Shown piece by piece: positions 43,039 through 52,861 of a stretch of 64,000 bases of DNA; positions within the stretch are counted from its first letter, which is position 1, and each line of letters opens with the position of its first letter. Made by a program: the position numbers and the translations under genes. Under the pieces are notes generated by a model, which saw nothing but the letters and a program-made list of their open reading frames with translations, did not search any database and was not told the DNA's origin. The stretch is from an uncultured bacterium (GTDB lineage Bacteria; Bacteroidota; Bacteroidia; Bacteroidales; Bacteroidaceae), in assembly GCA_946188155.1 (NCBI GenBank), contig CAMHUC010000010.1, forward strand, positions 5,834 to 69,833, in the 5' to 3' direction.

Positions 43039-43052
43039 ACTCTGTACTTGTT

Positions 43053-44108
43053 TTAGGGGTTATTAATAATGGAAACTATTCTCTCTACAATCCGCTCGGG
43101 CGGAATGTTGTTCAGGCAGGCGTAGTCGCCCCGCTGGCAGGGCTTTTGTCCGTAGATGCTGCACGGACGGCAGTCGAGTTCGAGCTGTATAGTGTTCTCC
43201 TGTGGCTGGTTGTAGCCCATGAATCCTGCGTAGGGATGCGTTGCTCCCCACACGCTGACCACGGGTATGGCAGTGAGCGATGCGAGGTGCATGTTGGCGG
43301 AGTCCATCGACAGCATCACGTCGAGATGGCTCATGATGATAAGTTCCTGGTAGAGGTTCTCGCAATGGCGCGTGGCATTGATGCACTGTCGGTATTGTGC
43401 TCCCCAGATGTCGATGTATTTGTCCTCCTGATGGCCTTTTCCGAAGAAGAAGATACGGCACTGTGGATAGTGCTCCTTGAGCTGGTGTATGACCTGCTCC
43501 ATGAGCCGTGGCGGATAGATTTTTCCCTCGTGGGCAGCAAAGGGTGCTATGCCAATCCACTTCTCGAAGTTCTTCTTGGGGCCTATCTCGCGGGGCAGCA
43601 GGTTGAGGTTGCCGCCTTCGGGTGGGAAGATGGAACGGAACTCGTTGATGTCGACACTATAGCCCAGCTGCTCGAACACTTTGAGATAGTTCTCGAAGGA
43701 GGTGGGCAGCTGCTTTTTCACCTTATGCTTATAGGATACCAGCTGCCTGCGGTCGTGGCGGTGCTTGTTGATATGCTCCACGCGATAGTGGCCCAGGTTG
43801 AAGCGCATGCGCAGGTATTCGGAGCGCAGCACGTTGTGCAGGTCGGCCACCTTGGTGAACTGCTTGGCTGTGAGTCGGCGGTAGAGTGCGTTGAGGCCGC
43901 GTATGCCGTGGTATTCTGTCTTCAGGTCGGCCTCCATGAAGTTGACGTTGGGAGCCAGGTCTTCGAAGAGTGCCCGGGCGTATGCTCTGCTGAGCACGGT
44001 GATGCGCACGTCGGGGTAGCGCCGTGCCACAGCCCATACTACGGGTACGGTCATTGCCACGTCGCCGAGCGAGGAGAATCGTATGACGAGTATATGTTCC
44101 TTCTTCAC
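43053..44108 (-). CDS. Glycosyltransferase family 9 (heptosyltransferase-like)
   Basis: [33 protein letters not shown]. Confidence 0.92.
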   Translation of the reverse strand: MKKEHILVIRFSSLGDVAMTVPVVWAVARRYPDVRITVLSRAYARALFEDLAPNVNFMEADLKTEYHGIRGLNALYRRLTAKQFTKVADLHNVLRSEYLRMRFNLGHYRVEHINKHRHDRRQLVSYKHKVKKQLPTSFENYLKVFEQLGYSVDINEFRSIFPPEGGNLNLLPREIGPKKNFEKWIGIAPFAAHEGKIYPPRLMEQVIHQLKEHYPQCRIFFFGKGHQEDKYIDIWGAQYRQCINATRHCENLYQELIIMSHLDVMLSMDSANMHLASLTAIPVVSVWGATHPYAGFMGYNQPQENTIQLELDCRPCSIYGQKPCQRGDYACLNNIPPERIVERIVSIINNP

Positions 44109-44707
44109 TTCTTATACAGGATAGGGTTCGTAGCGGGGTCGTTGTACATCTTCATCTGGCGGTACACCTTCATGTAGATACGGCCTGCGGCTATGTCGTC
44201 GAGCAGCTGGTCGATGGCCAGTGAGAGGTCTTTCTGCTGCTCAAGGAGCACGGCGAGCCTGGCGCTGCACTTCTGTTTGTGCTCAGGTGAGGCATCCTGT
44301 CGTTCGGCCTCCTGCTGCATGTGGTAGATTTTCAGTGCCAGGATGCTCAGCCGGTCGATGGCCCATGCCGGGCTTTCCGTGTTGAGGCGTGCCTGTGGCA
44401 GCGGATTGACGTCGCTGTAGTACTGTCGGAAGTAGGAGTCAATCTCTTCTACGAGGTCAGTACGGTCCTGATTGCTGTGGTCGATTCGTCTCTTGAGTGC
44501 CAATGCCTCTACGGGGTTGATGTGCGGGTCGCGTATGATGTCCTCGTAGTGCCACTGTACGGTGTCAATCCAGCATTTCTGATAGAGCTTGTACTCTATG
44601 GTGCCCCGCGTGTAGGGGTTGCGGATTGGAGTGTCCACATTGTCTGTCAGATGGTAGTCGGCGATGACCTGCCTGAAGATCTGATTGGCTTGTTCGGTAA
44701 ACGACAT
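44105..44707 (-). CDS. DUF4254-domain protein
   Basis: QWHYEDIIR, KRRID.SNQDRTD, NTESPAWAIDRLSILALK; start trimmed to MSFTEQ. Confidence 0.85.
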   Translation of the reverse strand: MSFTEQANQIFRQVIADYHLTDNVDTPIRNPYTRGTIEYKLYQKCWIDTVQWHYEDIIRDPHINPVEALALKRRIDHSNQDRTDLVEEIDSYFRQYYSDVNPLPQARLNTESPAWAIDRLSILALKIYHMQQEAERQDASPEHKQKCSARLAVLLEQQKDLSLAIDQLLDDIAAGRIYMKVYRQMKMYNDPATNPILYKK

Positions 44708-44982
44708 ATTCGGAATAATGATTTGTTTGACGTGCAAAGCTACAGAAAGTTTTTCAAATAGCCAACTAATTAATGATATTTTTGCATTTTTCCCATTGGT
44801 AGCGCACACAAAAGGGCTGTTTTTATGCACAAATACACCGTAAATGTGCAAAACGACGATAGTTTTTCATCAAAAAGTTTGCGTACGTGAAAGAAAATGT
44901 GTTACTTTGCACCCTGAAAGCGGCGAAGTGCCGGTTTCTTAGTATTGCAAATTCATTATTAACACTTTAAAGAAAGAAAATT

Positions 44983-45219
44983 ATGTCAGAAATTGAAAGC
45001 AAAGTAAAGGCTATTATCGTAGACAAACTGGGTGTTGATGAGGCTGAGGTTAAGCCCGAGGCAAGTTTCACAAATGATCTTGGTGCTGACTCTCTCGATA
45101 CCGTTGAGCTCATCATGGAGTTTGAGAAGGAGTTCGGTATCTCTATCCCCGACGATAAGGCTGAGAAGATTGGCACCGTGGCTGATGCCATCGCTTACAT
45201 CGAGGAGAACGCAAAGTAA
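44983..45219 (+). CDS. acpP: Acyl carrier protein
   Basis: [20 protein letters not shown]. Confidence 0.98.
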   Translation: MSEIESKVKAIIVDKLGVDEAEVKPEASFTNDLGADSLDTVELIMEFEKEFGISIPDDKAEKIGTVADAIAYIEENAK

Positions 45220-45236
45220 ATATTGTTATATAACAT

Positions 45237-45266
45237 AGGGGTTGCTTCGGACTCGAGGCAACCCTT
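45237..45266 (+). terminator. Hairpin between acpP and fabF
   Basis: agggttgcttcg-gact-cgaggcaaccct. Confidence 0.55.
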
Positions 45267-45284
45267 ATGCTTTAATTTAAGCTT

Positions 45285-46547
45285 ATGGAATTAAAAAGAG
45301 TTGTTGTAACGGGTCTTGGCGCAGTGACGCCAGTGGGCAACACTCCTGATGAGACATGGAAGAACCTGCTCAACGGAGTGAGTGGTGCCGCCCCCATTAC
45401 ACTTTTCGACGCATCGAAATTCAAGACGCAATTTGCCTGTGAGGTAAAGAACCTCAACGTGAATGACTTTATAGACCGTAAGGAGGCCCGCAAGATGGAC
45501 CGCTACACGCAGTTTGCCGTGATTGCCGCCAGGCAGGCTGTTGAGGACAGCGGCATGGACTTGGAAACGGAGGACAAGAACCGTATCGGTGTGGTCTATG
45601 GCGTGGGTATCGGCGGTATCAAGACTTTCGAGGAAGAAGTGTCCTACTACGCCTTGAACCAGGAGGCAGGCCCGAAGTTCAACCCCTTCTTCATCCCCAA
45701 GATGATTGCCGACATCGCTGCCGGCCAGATTTCTATCATGTACGGCTTCCACGGCCCCAACTATATCACTGCCTCTGCCTGTGCCTCGTCGTCGAATGCG
45801 CTGGCTGATGCCTTCAATCTGATTCGCCTGGGTAAGGCCAATGCCATCGTTGCAGGTGGTGCCGAGGCAGCCATCTGCGCTACAGGCGTGGGCGGCTTCA
45901 ATGCCATGCACGCACTGTCCACCCGCAACGATGAGCCGGAGAAGGCCAGCCGCCCGTTCAGTGCCAGTCGCGACGGCTTCATCATGGCCGAGGGAGCCGG
46001 TTGCCTGATCTTAGAGGAGCTGGAGCATGCCAAGGCGCGCGGAGCGAAGATCTATGCCGAGATGGCAGGTGCCGGCATGAGTGCCGACGCTCACCACATC
46101 ACGGCCTCTCACCCCGAGGGCCTGGGTGCCAAGCTGGTGATGGAGAACGCACTGGAGGATGCCGGCATGAAGCCCGAGGACATCGACTATATCAACGTTC
46201 ACGGTACGTCGACTCACGTTGGCGACATCTCCGAGGCCAAGGCCATCAAGGAGGTGTTCGGAGAGGCAGCCTACAAGCTGAACATCTCCTCGACGAAGTC
46301 GATGACGGGCCACCTGCTCGGTGCTGCCGGTGCCGTGGAGGCCATGGCTACGGTGCTGGCCGTGAAGAACGACATCGTGCCGCCCACCATCAACCATGAG
46401 GAGGGCGACGAGGACCCAGAGATCGACTACAATCTGAACTTCACCTTCAACAAGGCCCAGAAGCGCGAGGTGCGTGCCGGACTGTCGAACACGTTCGGCT
46501 TCGGCGGCCACAATGCCTGCGTGGTATTCAAGAAGTATGAAGCTTAA
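45285..46547 (+). CDS. fabF: Beta-ketoacyl-ACP synthase II
   Basis: RVVVTGLG, SACAS, NVHGTST, TKSMTGHLLGAAG, NTFGFGGHN. Confidence 0.98.
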   Translation: MELKRVVVTGLGAVTPVGNTPDETWKNLLNGVSGAAPITLFDASKFKTQFACEVKNLNVNDFIDRKEARKMDRYTQFAVIAARQAVEDSGMDLETEDKNRIGVVYGVGIGGIKTFEEEVSYYALNQEAGPKFNPFFIPKMIADIAAGQISIMYGFHGPNYITASACASSSNALADAFNLIRLGKANAIVAGGAEAAICATGVGGFNAMHALSTRNDEPEKASRPFSASRDGFIMAEGAGCLILEELEHAKARGAKIYAEMAGAGMSADAHHITASHPEGLGAKLVMENALEDAGMKPEDIDYINVHGTSTHVGDISEAKAIKEVFGEAAYKLNISSTKSMTGHLLGAAGAVEAMATVLAVKNDIVPPTINHEEGDEDPEIDYNLNFTFNKAQKREVRAGLSNTFGFGGHNACVVFKKYEA

Positions 46548-47580
46548 TAATATCATCGACCGAATAAAGCTCCCTTTCCGCAAGGAGAAGGAGCTTTTTT
46601 CTTCTTTGTATGACATTCTCGGCTTCTATCCCCGTGAAATCAAGTACTACAAGCAGGCCCTGCTGCACAAGAGCATCGGCAAGCTCAACGATAAGGGCAA
46701 GCCACTGAACAATGAGCGGCTGGAGTTTCTCGGCGACGCCGTGCTCGATGCTGCCGTGGGATACGTGGTCTACCGTCACTATGAAGGCAAGCGAGAGGGC
46801 TTCCTGTCGACCACCCGTTCGAAGCTGGTGAGCCGTGAGACGCTCGGCCGACTGGCCAATGAGATGGGCCTCTCGCAGCTGATACTATCGGCAGGCCGCA
46901 GCACGTCGCACAACAGCTACATGAATGGCAATGCCTTCGAGGCCCTCGTGGGTGCCATCTATCTCGACCGTGGCTACGATGCCTGTCTGTGGTTCTGGGA
47001 GAATCGCGTGCTGGGTAAGTACATCAATATCGACAAGCTGGCCTTCAAGGAGGTCAACTTCAAGTCGAGGCTGCTGGAATGGAGCCAGAAGAACCGTGTC
47101 ACCCTGGAATATCGCCTGACGAAACAGAAGAAGGACGACAAGGGGTCGCCCGTGTTCAGCTTCGTTGTGCTGCTGGAAGGCATCGAGGGAGAGCGCGCCA
47201 CCGGCTATTCCAAGAAGGAAGCCCAGCAGACGGCATCAAAGAACACGCTGCAGCGACTCAGGCGCGAGCCGCAGTTCATCGATGCCATCTTCCAAGCCAA
47301 GTCGGAGCGTACGAAGATGGAGGAAGAGCCCACCATGCTCGTGCCTGATACGGAACAGGAGGAGCATGACTTCATCATCACGTCACACAAGCCTCACCAC
47401 TTCCCCGACATGGAGGAGGAGGAGCAGCCGCTGCCCGCTGCCGGCAAGCCCTCACCTCCTCAGGCTGACGATGACGACGACGATGAAGAGGAGTTCGACC
47501 TCTCCGATGTTTCCCACCGCGACTCCTCGCGTGAAGACATCATTGCAAAAGCAGAGGCAGCAGCCTTCGCCGATGCGTAA
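46537..47580 (+). CDS. rnc: Ribonuclease III with acidic C-terminal extension
   Basis: NERLEFLGDAVL, AFEALVGAIYLD, dsRBD FKSRLLEWSQ...GYSKKEAQQ. Confidence 0.95.
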   Translation: MKLNNIIDRIKLPFRKEKELFSSLYDILGFYPREIKYYKQALLHKSIGKLNDKGKPLNNERLEFLGDAVLDAAVGYVVYRHYEGKREGFLSTTRSKLVSRETLGRLANEMGLSQLILSAGRSTSHNSYMNGNAFEALVGAIYLDRGYDACLWFWENRVLGKYINIDKLAFKEVNFKSRLLEWSQKNRVTLEYRLTKQKKDDKGSPVFSFVVLLEGIEGERATGYSKKEAQQTASKNTLQRLRREPQFIDAIFQAKSERTKMEEEPTMLVPDTEQEEHDFIITSHKPHHFPDMEEEEQPLPAAGKPSPPQADDDDDDEEEFDLSDVSHRDSSREDIIAKAEAAAFADA

Positions 47581-49369
47581 ATTTATTAGCAACATGAAAC
47601 AACTACAGACGAGAAACTCCTTCATCGTATCGAAGGCACTGAAGAATTTCGTATTTGCCGCCGTACTCACAGCCGCCGCTGCGCAGCTGGCTCATACGGC
47701 CGACTCCATGATTGTGGGCCATATCGTAGGCCCCGATGCCGTGTCGGCCATCAACCTGGTACTGCCCTTAGTGGAAGTGCTCAACTGTATGGGCTTCCTG
47801 ATATGCTTCGGAGCCAATGCCATGTGTGCCCAGGCCATTGGCAGCGGCGACAAGAAGCGGGTGGCCAAGGTGTTCTCGTCGACCATACTCACGGTGATGA
47901 CGCTCGGACTGGCCGTCTCGTTGGCCATCTGTCTGTTCAGTTACCAGATTGTCGACATCATGTCCGACGAGCCGCGGCTCGACCAGATGGCCTACGACTA
48001 TATCCATACCTACGCCATGGGCGGATGGCTGCAGATGCTCTCCTACGGGCTATGCCTGTTTGCTGCCACCGACGGGCGTCCACGCATGGTGACGAGGGCC
48101 GTGGTCCTGGGAGCACTGGGCAATGGACTGGCCGACGTGCTGTTCATCTGGCTCCTGGACATGGGTGTCAAGGGTGCTGCCATCGGCTCGCTGACCATGT
48201 TTGTTGTCAACGTGCTCTTCCTGGCCAACTACCTCAGGCGTTCCAGCTCCTACAGGCTGGCATGGCCTGGCAAGGACTTCTTCAGTATCTTCGGGCATAA
48301 TATCCGCGAGGGTGCGCCCGTCACGCTGAGCAACTCGCTGATGGCTGTCACCATCATGCTGCTCAACCACATCGTGCTCACCTACCTCGGAGCCGACGGC
48401 CTCTTCCTCTGGTCGGTGTGCCTGCAGATGCTGCTGCTCACCTACGTGTTCATCGACGGACTGATAGAGTCGCTCTTCGCCGTGGGTGGCATCCTGGTGG
48501 GCGAACGCGACCTGCGCGGGCTACAGATTCTGGTGCGCCAGGCACTCATCATCATCTGTTCGCTGGTGGCTGTCGTCATCGTGCTGATGTATATCCCCGG
48601 ACTGGTGGGCATGCTCTTCGGCGTCACCGACCCCGCGCTGTCGGCCGAGCTCGACCGTGTGCTTCGCATCTTCGCCCTGATGCTCATACCCTTTGCCGTG
48701 TCGCAGATACTGCTCAACGCCTATCAGCTGGTGGGACATCAGGTGGCCAGTGCCGTCACGGCAACGCTACAGACGGTGTTCATGGTCGTCATGGTGTGGG
48801 TCGTGGCCGAGGTGGAGGGCATCGAGCTGTGGTGGGGCTTCGCCATCGGCTGTATGCTGGTGCTGCTCTCACAGCTGCTGTTCACATTCGTCAGCAGCAG
48901 GATGGCCCGCGGCGAGGTGTCGTCGCTGACGCTGATACCCCAGACCAACAAGGGCTACACCTTCGACCGTTCCGTCACCTATCAGCCCGACGATGTGTAT
49001 GCCGCCCTCAACGAGATGGACGCATTCCTGAAGAGTACGGTGGCCGACCATTCCGTACGCTTCGAGGTGAACCTCTGCTGCGAGGAGCTGATGACCAATA
49101 TTGCCAGCTTTACCACGAGCCGTGTTGCCAGCCATTCCTTCGACGTGCATATCTGTGTCAACGACGAGGGCATCTACGTCACCATCAAGGACGCAGGCCG
49201 ACCCTTCGACCCCATACGTGCCGGAAAGATGGCCGATGCCAACATCGGTACCAAGGAGCATGAGCACTTGGGGCTGCGACTGGTGACGAACATCATTCCC
49301 GATATCACCTATAAGTATATGTACGGCCAGAACACGGTGTTTATATACAGAAAGAGCCCATCAGCATAA
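47573..49369 (+). CDS. MATE-family transporter fused to a C-terminal HATPase (RsbW-like) domain
   Basis: ADSMIVGHIVGPDAVSAIN, MGVKGAAIGS; tail CCEELMTNI, IKDAGRPFDP, HLGLRLV; start is 47573 or 47594. Confidence 0.85.
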   Translation: MRKFISNMKQLQTRNSFIVSKALKNFVFAAVLTAAAAQLAHTADSMIVGHIVGPDAVSAINLVLPLVEVLNCMGFLICFGANAMCAQAIGSGDKKRVAKVFSSTILTVMTLGLAVSLAICLFSYQIVDIMSDEPRLDQMAYDYIHTYAMGGWLQMLSYGLCLFAATDGRPRMVTRAVVLGALGNGLADVLFIWLLDMGVKGAAIGSLTMFVVNVLFLANYLRRSSSYRLAWPGKDFFSIFGHNIREGAPVTLSNSLMAVTIMLLNHIVLTYLGADGLFLWSVCLQMLLLTYVFIDGLIESLFAVGGILVGERDLRGLQILVRQALIIICSLVAVVIVLMYIPGLVGMLFGVTDPALSAELDRVLRIFALMLIPFAVSQILLNAYQLVGHQVASAVTATLQTVFMVVMVWVVAEVEGIELWWGFAIGCMLVLLSQLLFTFVSSRMARGEVSSLTLIPQTNKGYTFDRSVTYQPDDVYAALNEMDAFLKSTVADHSVRFEVNLCCEELMTNIASFTTSRVASHSFDVHICVNDEGIYVTIKDAGRPFDPIRAGKMADANIGTKEHEHLGLRLVTNIIPDITYKYMYGQNTVFIYRKSPSA

Positions 49370-49381
49370 AATGAATTGTAA

Positions 49382-49951
49382 ATGACTATACAGGAATTCA
49401 GAGACTACATGGCATCGGGCAAGCCCGTCATTGGCGGAGGCGAAGTCCACATGATGTTCCACAAGTTATCGCAGGAGGCACTGAAGATAACGGCAGAGAT
49501 TAATGGTAAGTACCACACTCCCGGCGAGCTGCACGCATTGCTGGAGCAGCTTTGGGGCAGAGAGGTGCCCACGACGGTAGGCATGTTCCCGCCGTTCCAT
49601 ACCGACTGCGGCAAGAACACCGTCGTTGGCGAGCGGGTGTTCATCAACATGGGCTGCAAGTTCCAGGATCAGGGAGGCATCACCATCGACGAGGGCGCAC
49701 TCATCGGCCACAACGTGGTGCTGGCCACCATCAACCACGACCTTGCCCCAGACCGTCGTCAGAGCATGTCGTATGCTCCCATCCACATCGGCAAGAACGT
49801 CTGGATAGGCGCCAATGCCACGGTGCTTGCTGGCGTGACCATCGGCGATGGAGCCGTAGTAGCCGCTGGTGCGGTGGTGACCAAGGATGTGGAGCCGAAC
49901 ACGATTGTCGGCGGTGTTCCTGCAAAAGTTATCAGGAGAATAGAGCAGTAG
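49382..49951 (+). CDS. Hexapeptide-repeat sugar O-acetyltransferase
   Basis: [51 protein letters not shown]. Confidence 0.92.
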   Translation: MTIQEFRDYMASGKPVIGGGEVHMMFHKLSQEALKITAEINGKYHTPGELHALLEQLWGREVPTTVGMFPPFHTDCGKNTVVGERVFINMGCKFQDQGGITIDEGALIGHNVVLATINHDLAPDRRQSMSYAPIHIGKNVWIGANATVLAGVTIGDGAVVAAGAVVTKDVEPNTIVGGVPAKVIRRIEQ

Positions 49952-49968
49952 CTACCAGCCGTCCTTTC

Positions 49969-50343
49969 GGAAGGCTCCGTAGGATCGTAGGAAGGCTCCG
50001 TAGCATCGCAGGAAGGCTCCGTAGCATCGCAGGGAGGCTCCGTAGGATTGCAGGGAGGCTCCGTAGGATTGCAGGAAGGCTCTTTTGCACTGAATTCTCT
50101 AGAGAATTCGCGCTGTGGAGACTGCTGTCAGCTGCCGGGGGCATTGCTCGGAGTGCAGTGGGCTTTGTGTCAGATGTCAGGTGTATGGTTTTCGGCTTTA
50201 TCTCCATCCTCGCGCGCGTATATATATTGCTTTTGACAGAAAACATGTGTACCATCTGTACCATCTGCCACCCCGCCGTGGCAGATGGTACAGATGGTAC
50301 ACGTGTTTTGGCTGATTCACTCCTATACGCGTGCGTGCGCGCG
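49969..50343 (-). repeat. Composite element B: hairpin (50240-50309) plus about 5.5 x 21-nt units (49969-50085)
   Basis: Homologous to 13001-13315 in the opposite orientation. Confidence 0.8.
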
Positions 50344-50490
50344 AAGAACGGTTTGTAGCGCACTTCTGCCCATTCCGTGTGCCGCCTTCTTCCGACTTCG
50401 ACGACTGGCCCTTCCTATGGGGACAGAACGAGGGGACGATAGCCGGCAACACGCAGTACGTCATCTTCGGCTCGTCGTTCAAGAACCTGG

Positions 50491-51060
50491 CTAAATAGAA
50501 GCGAGGTGGGTGAGGAGAATCTTCACCCCGATGCCTATCAGTATCAGCCCGCCGAGAAGCTCCGGCTTCAGTCGGCGGGTTATCATCTTGCCGAAACGGC
50601 GGCCCAGCTGATAACCAACGATACTGAAGAGGAAGGACACGAGGCCGATGATGAGCAGGGGGAGGGCCAGCTGCTCCAGTCGGTCGTAACCTGTGCAGGC
50701 AAAGGATATGCCGACGGCCAGCGCGTCGATGCTCGTGGCCACGGCCAGCAGCAGCTGCGTTCGGAGCCGACGGGGGTTGAAGTGATGCTCTTCCTCTGGC
50801 CGGAAGGATTCCCACACCATCCTGCCGCCGATGAAGGCCAGCAGCGCGAAGGCTATCCAGTGGTCTACCGCCTCCAGATAGTTGCTGAAGAAGCTAATGC
50901 CGGCCCATCCCGCCAGGGGCATCAGGGCCTGGAAGAGTCCGAAGAGGAGCGCCATGCGGAGAGGGCGCAGGTCGCGGGCCAGTACGCCGCTGACGATGGA
51001 CACCGTCAGGCAGTCCATCGCCAAGGCTATCGCCAGCAGTATGATGTCCAGTAAGCTCAT
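50491..51060 (-). CDS. mntP: Manganese efflux pump MntP family
   Basis: ALAMDCLTVS, FGLFQALMPLAGW, DHWIAF, ATSIDALAVG, GGLILIGIG. Confidence 0.93.
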   Translation of the reverse strand: MSLLDIILLAIALAMDCLTVSIVSGVLARDLRPLRMALLFGLFQALMPLAGWAGISFFSNYLEAVDHWIAFALLAFIGGRMVWESFRPEEEHHFNPRRLRTQLLLAVATSIDALAVGISFACTGYDRLEQLALPLLIIGLVSFLFSIVGYQLGRRFGKMITRRLKPELLGGLILIGIGVKILLTHLASI

Positions 51061-51104
51061 TGCACTGTAAAGTTACAGGCGCGTACCCCCGCGCCCCGGT
51101 GATT

Positions 51105-52676
51105 CTAATCCTCTACGATGGTGATACGCCCCTGTGGCTTGGCATAGGCGTTGCCGAGGTCGCCGCCCAGCTGCTCTTCCATGTACTGCGCTATGACGTC
51201 GCGGCTGAGAGCCGACGAGGCCTTCCTGACGCGGCAGTCCTTCAGCACGTTGTTGAAGCCGCCGCCTTTATAGTAGGCCGTCAGGGCCACGGTGTAGGTC
51301 TTGGCCGGGTCGATGGGCTCGTATCGGTCGCCCCGGAGCACCATCACGTTGCTCACGCTGTGCGAGGCGGTGTGGATGGTGTACTTCAGTCCGGAGCATT
51401 GCGGGAAGTTACCGTCGGGAGCCGGTGTCTGGGCGGTGCTCACGCGCAGGGCCTCCACAATCTTCGCACCCGTGGCCTCAATCATGTACACCTGCTGGTC
51501 GTAGGGCGAGAGGGCGGTGACGTCGCCGTAGGTGATGGGGCCTGCCGCTATACCGTTGCGCAGTCCGCCGCCATTCTCCAGCGCTATTTCGGCACCCATC
51601 AGCTGGCGATAGGCGTCGGTGGCCAGGTCGCCGGCATTGGTCTCACGGCAGCGCACCACGAAGATGTCGCGCTCGTCGGTAATCTCCAGTGGATAGCTGC
51701 TTCGGCAGATCACGCGGCTCACCGTCTCGTTCATCAGCGTCTTCACGCTGTCGGTGGCTGCTTTCACCTGCGGGTTCTCGTAGGGGATATCCGACGAGGG
51801 CATCAGCATCGTCGTGAAGCGTCTGTCCTTGATGAGCAGTTTGCCTACATAGGCAAACTTTGTGCCTGTCTGGCTGATGCCGATGCTGTGGCCATCGCTG
51901 TTGGCCACTTCATCGTGAGGGATGACGGAGTGGCTATGGCCGTCGAGCACCACGTCGATGCCTTTCGTGGCGGCTATCATGCGGTGGGAGTCGAAGCCCA
52001 TCGACTGCGTCTCCTCGCCGACGTGGGATATCAGCACCACGTAGTCGGCCCCGGCCTGTCGCGCCTCGTCGACAGCCTGCTGCACAAGGCTGTAGAACTC
52101 CTCGCGCTTCAGGGTGTAGGCCAGCCGGTCGTGGTCATCATAGAAGGCGTAGTTCTCCAGGATCATGGTCTCTGGTGTCACGACTCCCACGAAGGCGACA
52201 CGCTTGTCGCCCAGCTGGTGGATGACGTAGGCAGGGAAGTAGGGCTTCGGCGCTCCCACATCGTAGAAGTTGGCACACACCACGGGGGCCTTCACCTTCG
52301 AGAGCAGCTCCTTCATGCGCGGCACGCCGTAGTCGAACTCGTGGTTGCCTAGCGTGATGGCCTGGTAGCCCACCCGCTGCATGATGTCAACGATGTACTG
52401 CCCACGGGAGATGGCTCCGCTGGTGCCGCCCTGCAGGAAGTCGCCGCAACAGACGACGGCGGCCCAGGCCGTGTCGCTCTGGTTGATGGCATCGCGCAGT
52501 CCTGCCAGCTTCGCATAGCCGTCGATGCCGCAGTGGGCGTCGTTCTCGTAGAGGATGACGATGCTCTTGTTGTCGTGCTTAGGCACGCTACTTGTCTGGC
52601 GCTGTTTCAGCGAGGCACAGCTGCCCAGCGCCAAAGTCGCTGCGGCGGCTATAAGGATAATTGTTTGTTTTCTCAT
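51105..52676 (-). CDS. Bifunctional metallophosphatase/5'-nucleotidase lipoprotein
   Basis: NDAH, GDFLQG, LGNHEFDYG, DGHSH, NGGGLR; SPII signal LGSC. Confidence 0.92.
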   Translation of the reverse strand: MRKQTIILIAAAATLALGSCASLKQRQTSSVPKHDNKSIVILYENDAHCGIDGYAKLAGLRDAINQSDTAWAAVVCCGDFLQGGTSGAISRGQYIVDIMQRVGYQAITLGNHEFDYGVPRMKELLSKVKAPVVCANFYDVGAPKPYFPAYVIHQLGDKRVAFVGVVTPETMILENYAFYDDHDRLAYTLKREEFYSLVQQAVDEARQAGADYVVLISHVGEETQSMGFDSHRMIAATKGIDVVLDGHSHSVIPHDEVANSDGHSIGISQTGTKFAYVGKLLIKDRRFTTMLMPSSDIPYENPQVKAATDSVKTLMNETVSRVICRSSYPLEITDERDIFVVRCRETNAGDLATDAYRQLMGAEIALENGGGLRNGIAAGPITYGDVTALSPYDQQVYMIEATGAKIVEALRVSTAQTPAPDGNFPQCSGLKYTIHTASHSVSNVMVLRGDRYEPIDPAKTYTVALTAYYKGGGFNNVLKDCRVRKASSALSRDVIAQYMEEQLGGDLGNAYAKPQGRITIVED

Positions 52677-52745
52677 CTTTAATAATAAAGTGTGTCGGCC
52701 TGCGCGTCTCTCACTAGCACATACCATGCTGCAAAGATAATCAAA

Positions 52746-52826
52746 AGTTAAGAGTTAAGAGTTAAGAATTAAGAAAAAATGACTGATGGAAGCAAATTTT
52801 CTTAACTCTTGACTCTTAACTCTTAA
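52746..52826. repeat. Inverted heptamer arrays (AGTTAAG)n ... (CTTAACT)n in a divergent promoter region
   Basis: gttaagagttaagagttaagaattaag ... cttaactcttgactcttaactcttaa. Confidence 0.8.
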
Positions 52827-52861
52827 TAAATTTGTATATTTGCAAGCAAAATCAGTAAGCT

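Noticed and set aside
51061-51104. yybP-ykoY manganese riboswitch upstream of mntP
   Set aside because: Only 44 nt separate mntP from the upstream gene, and no motif is visible
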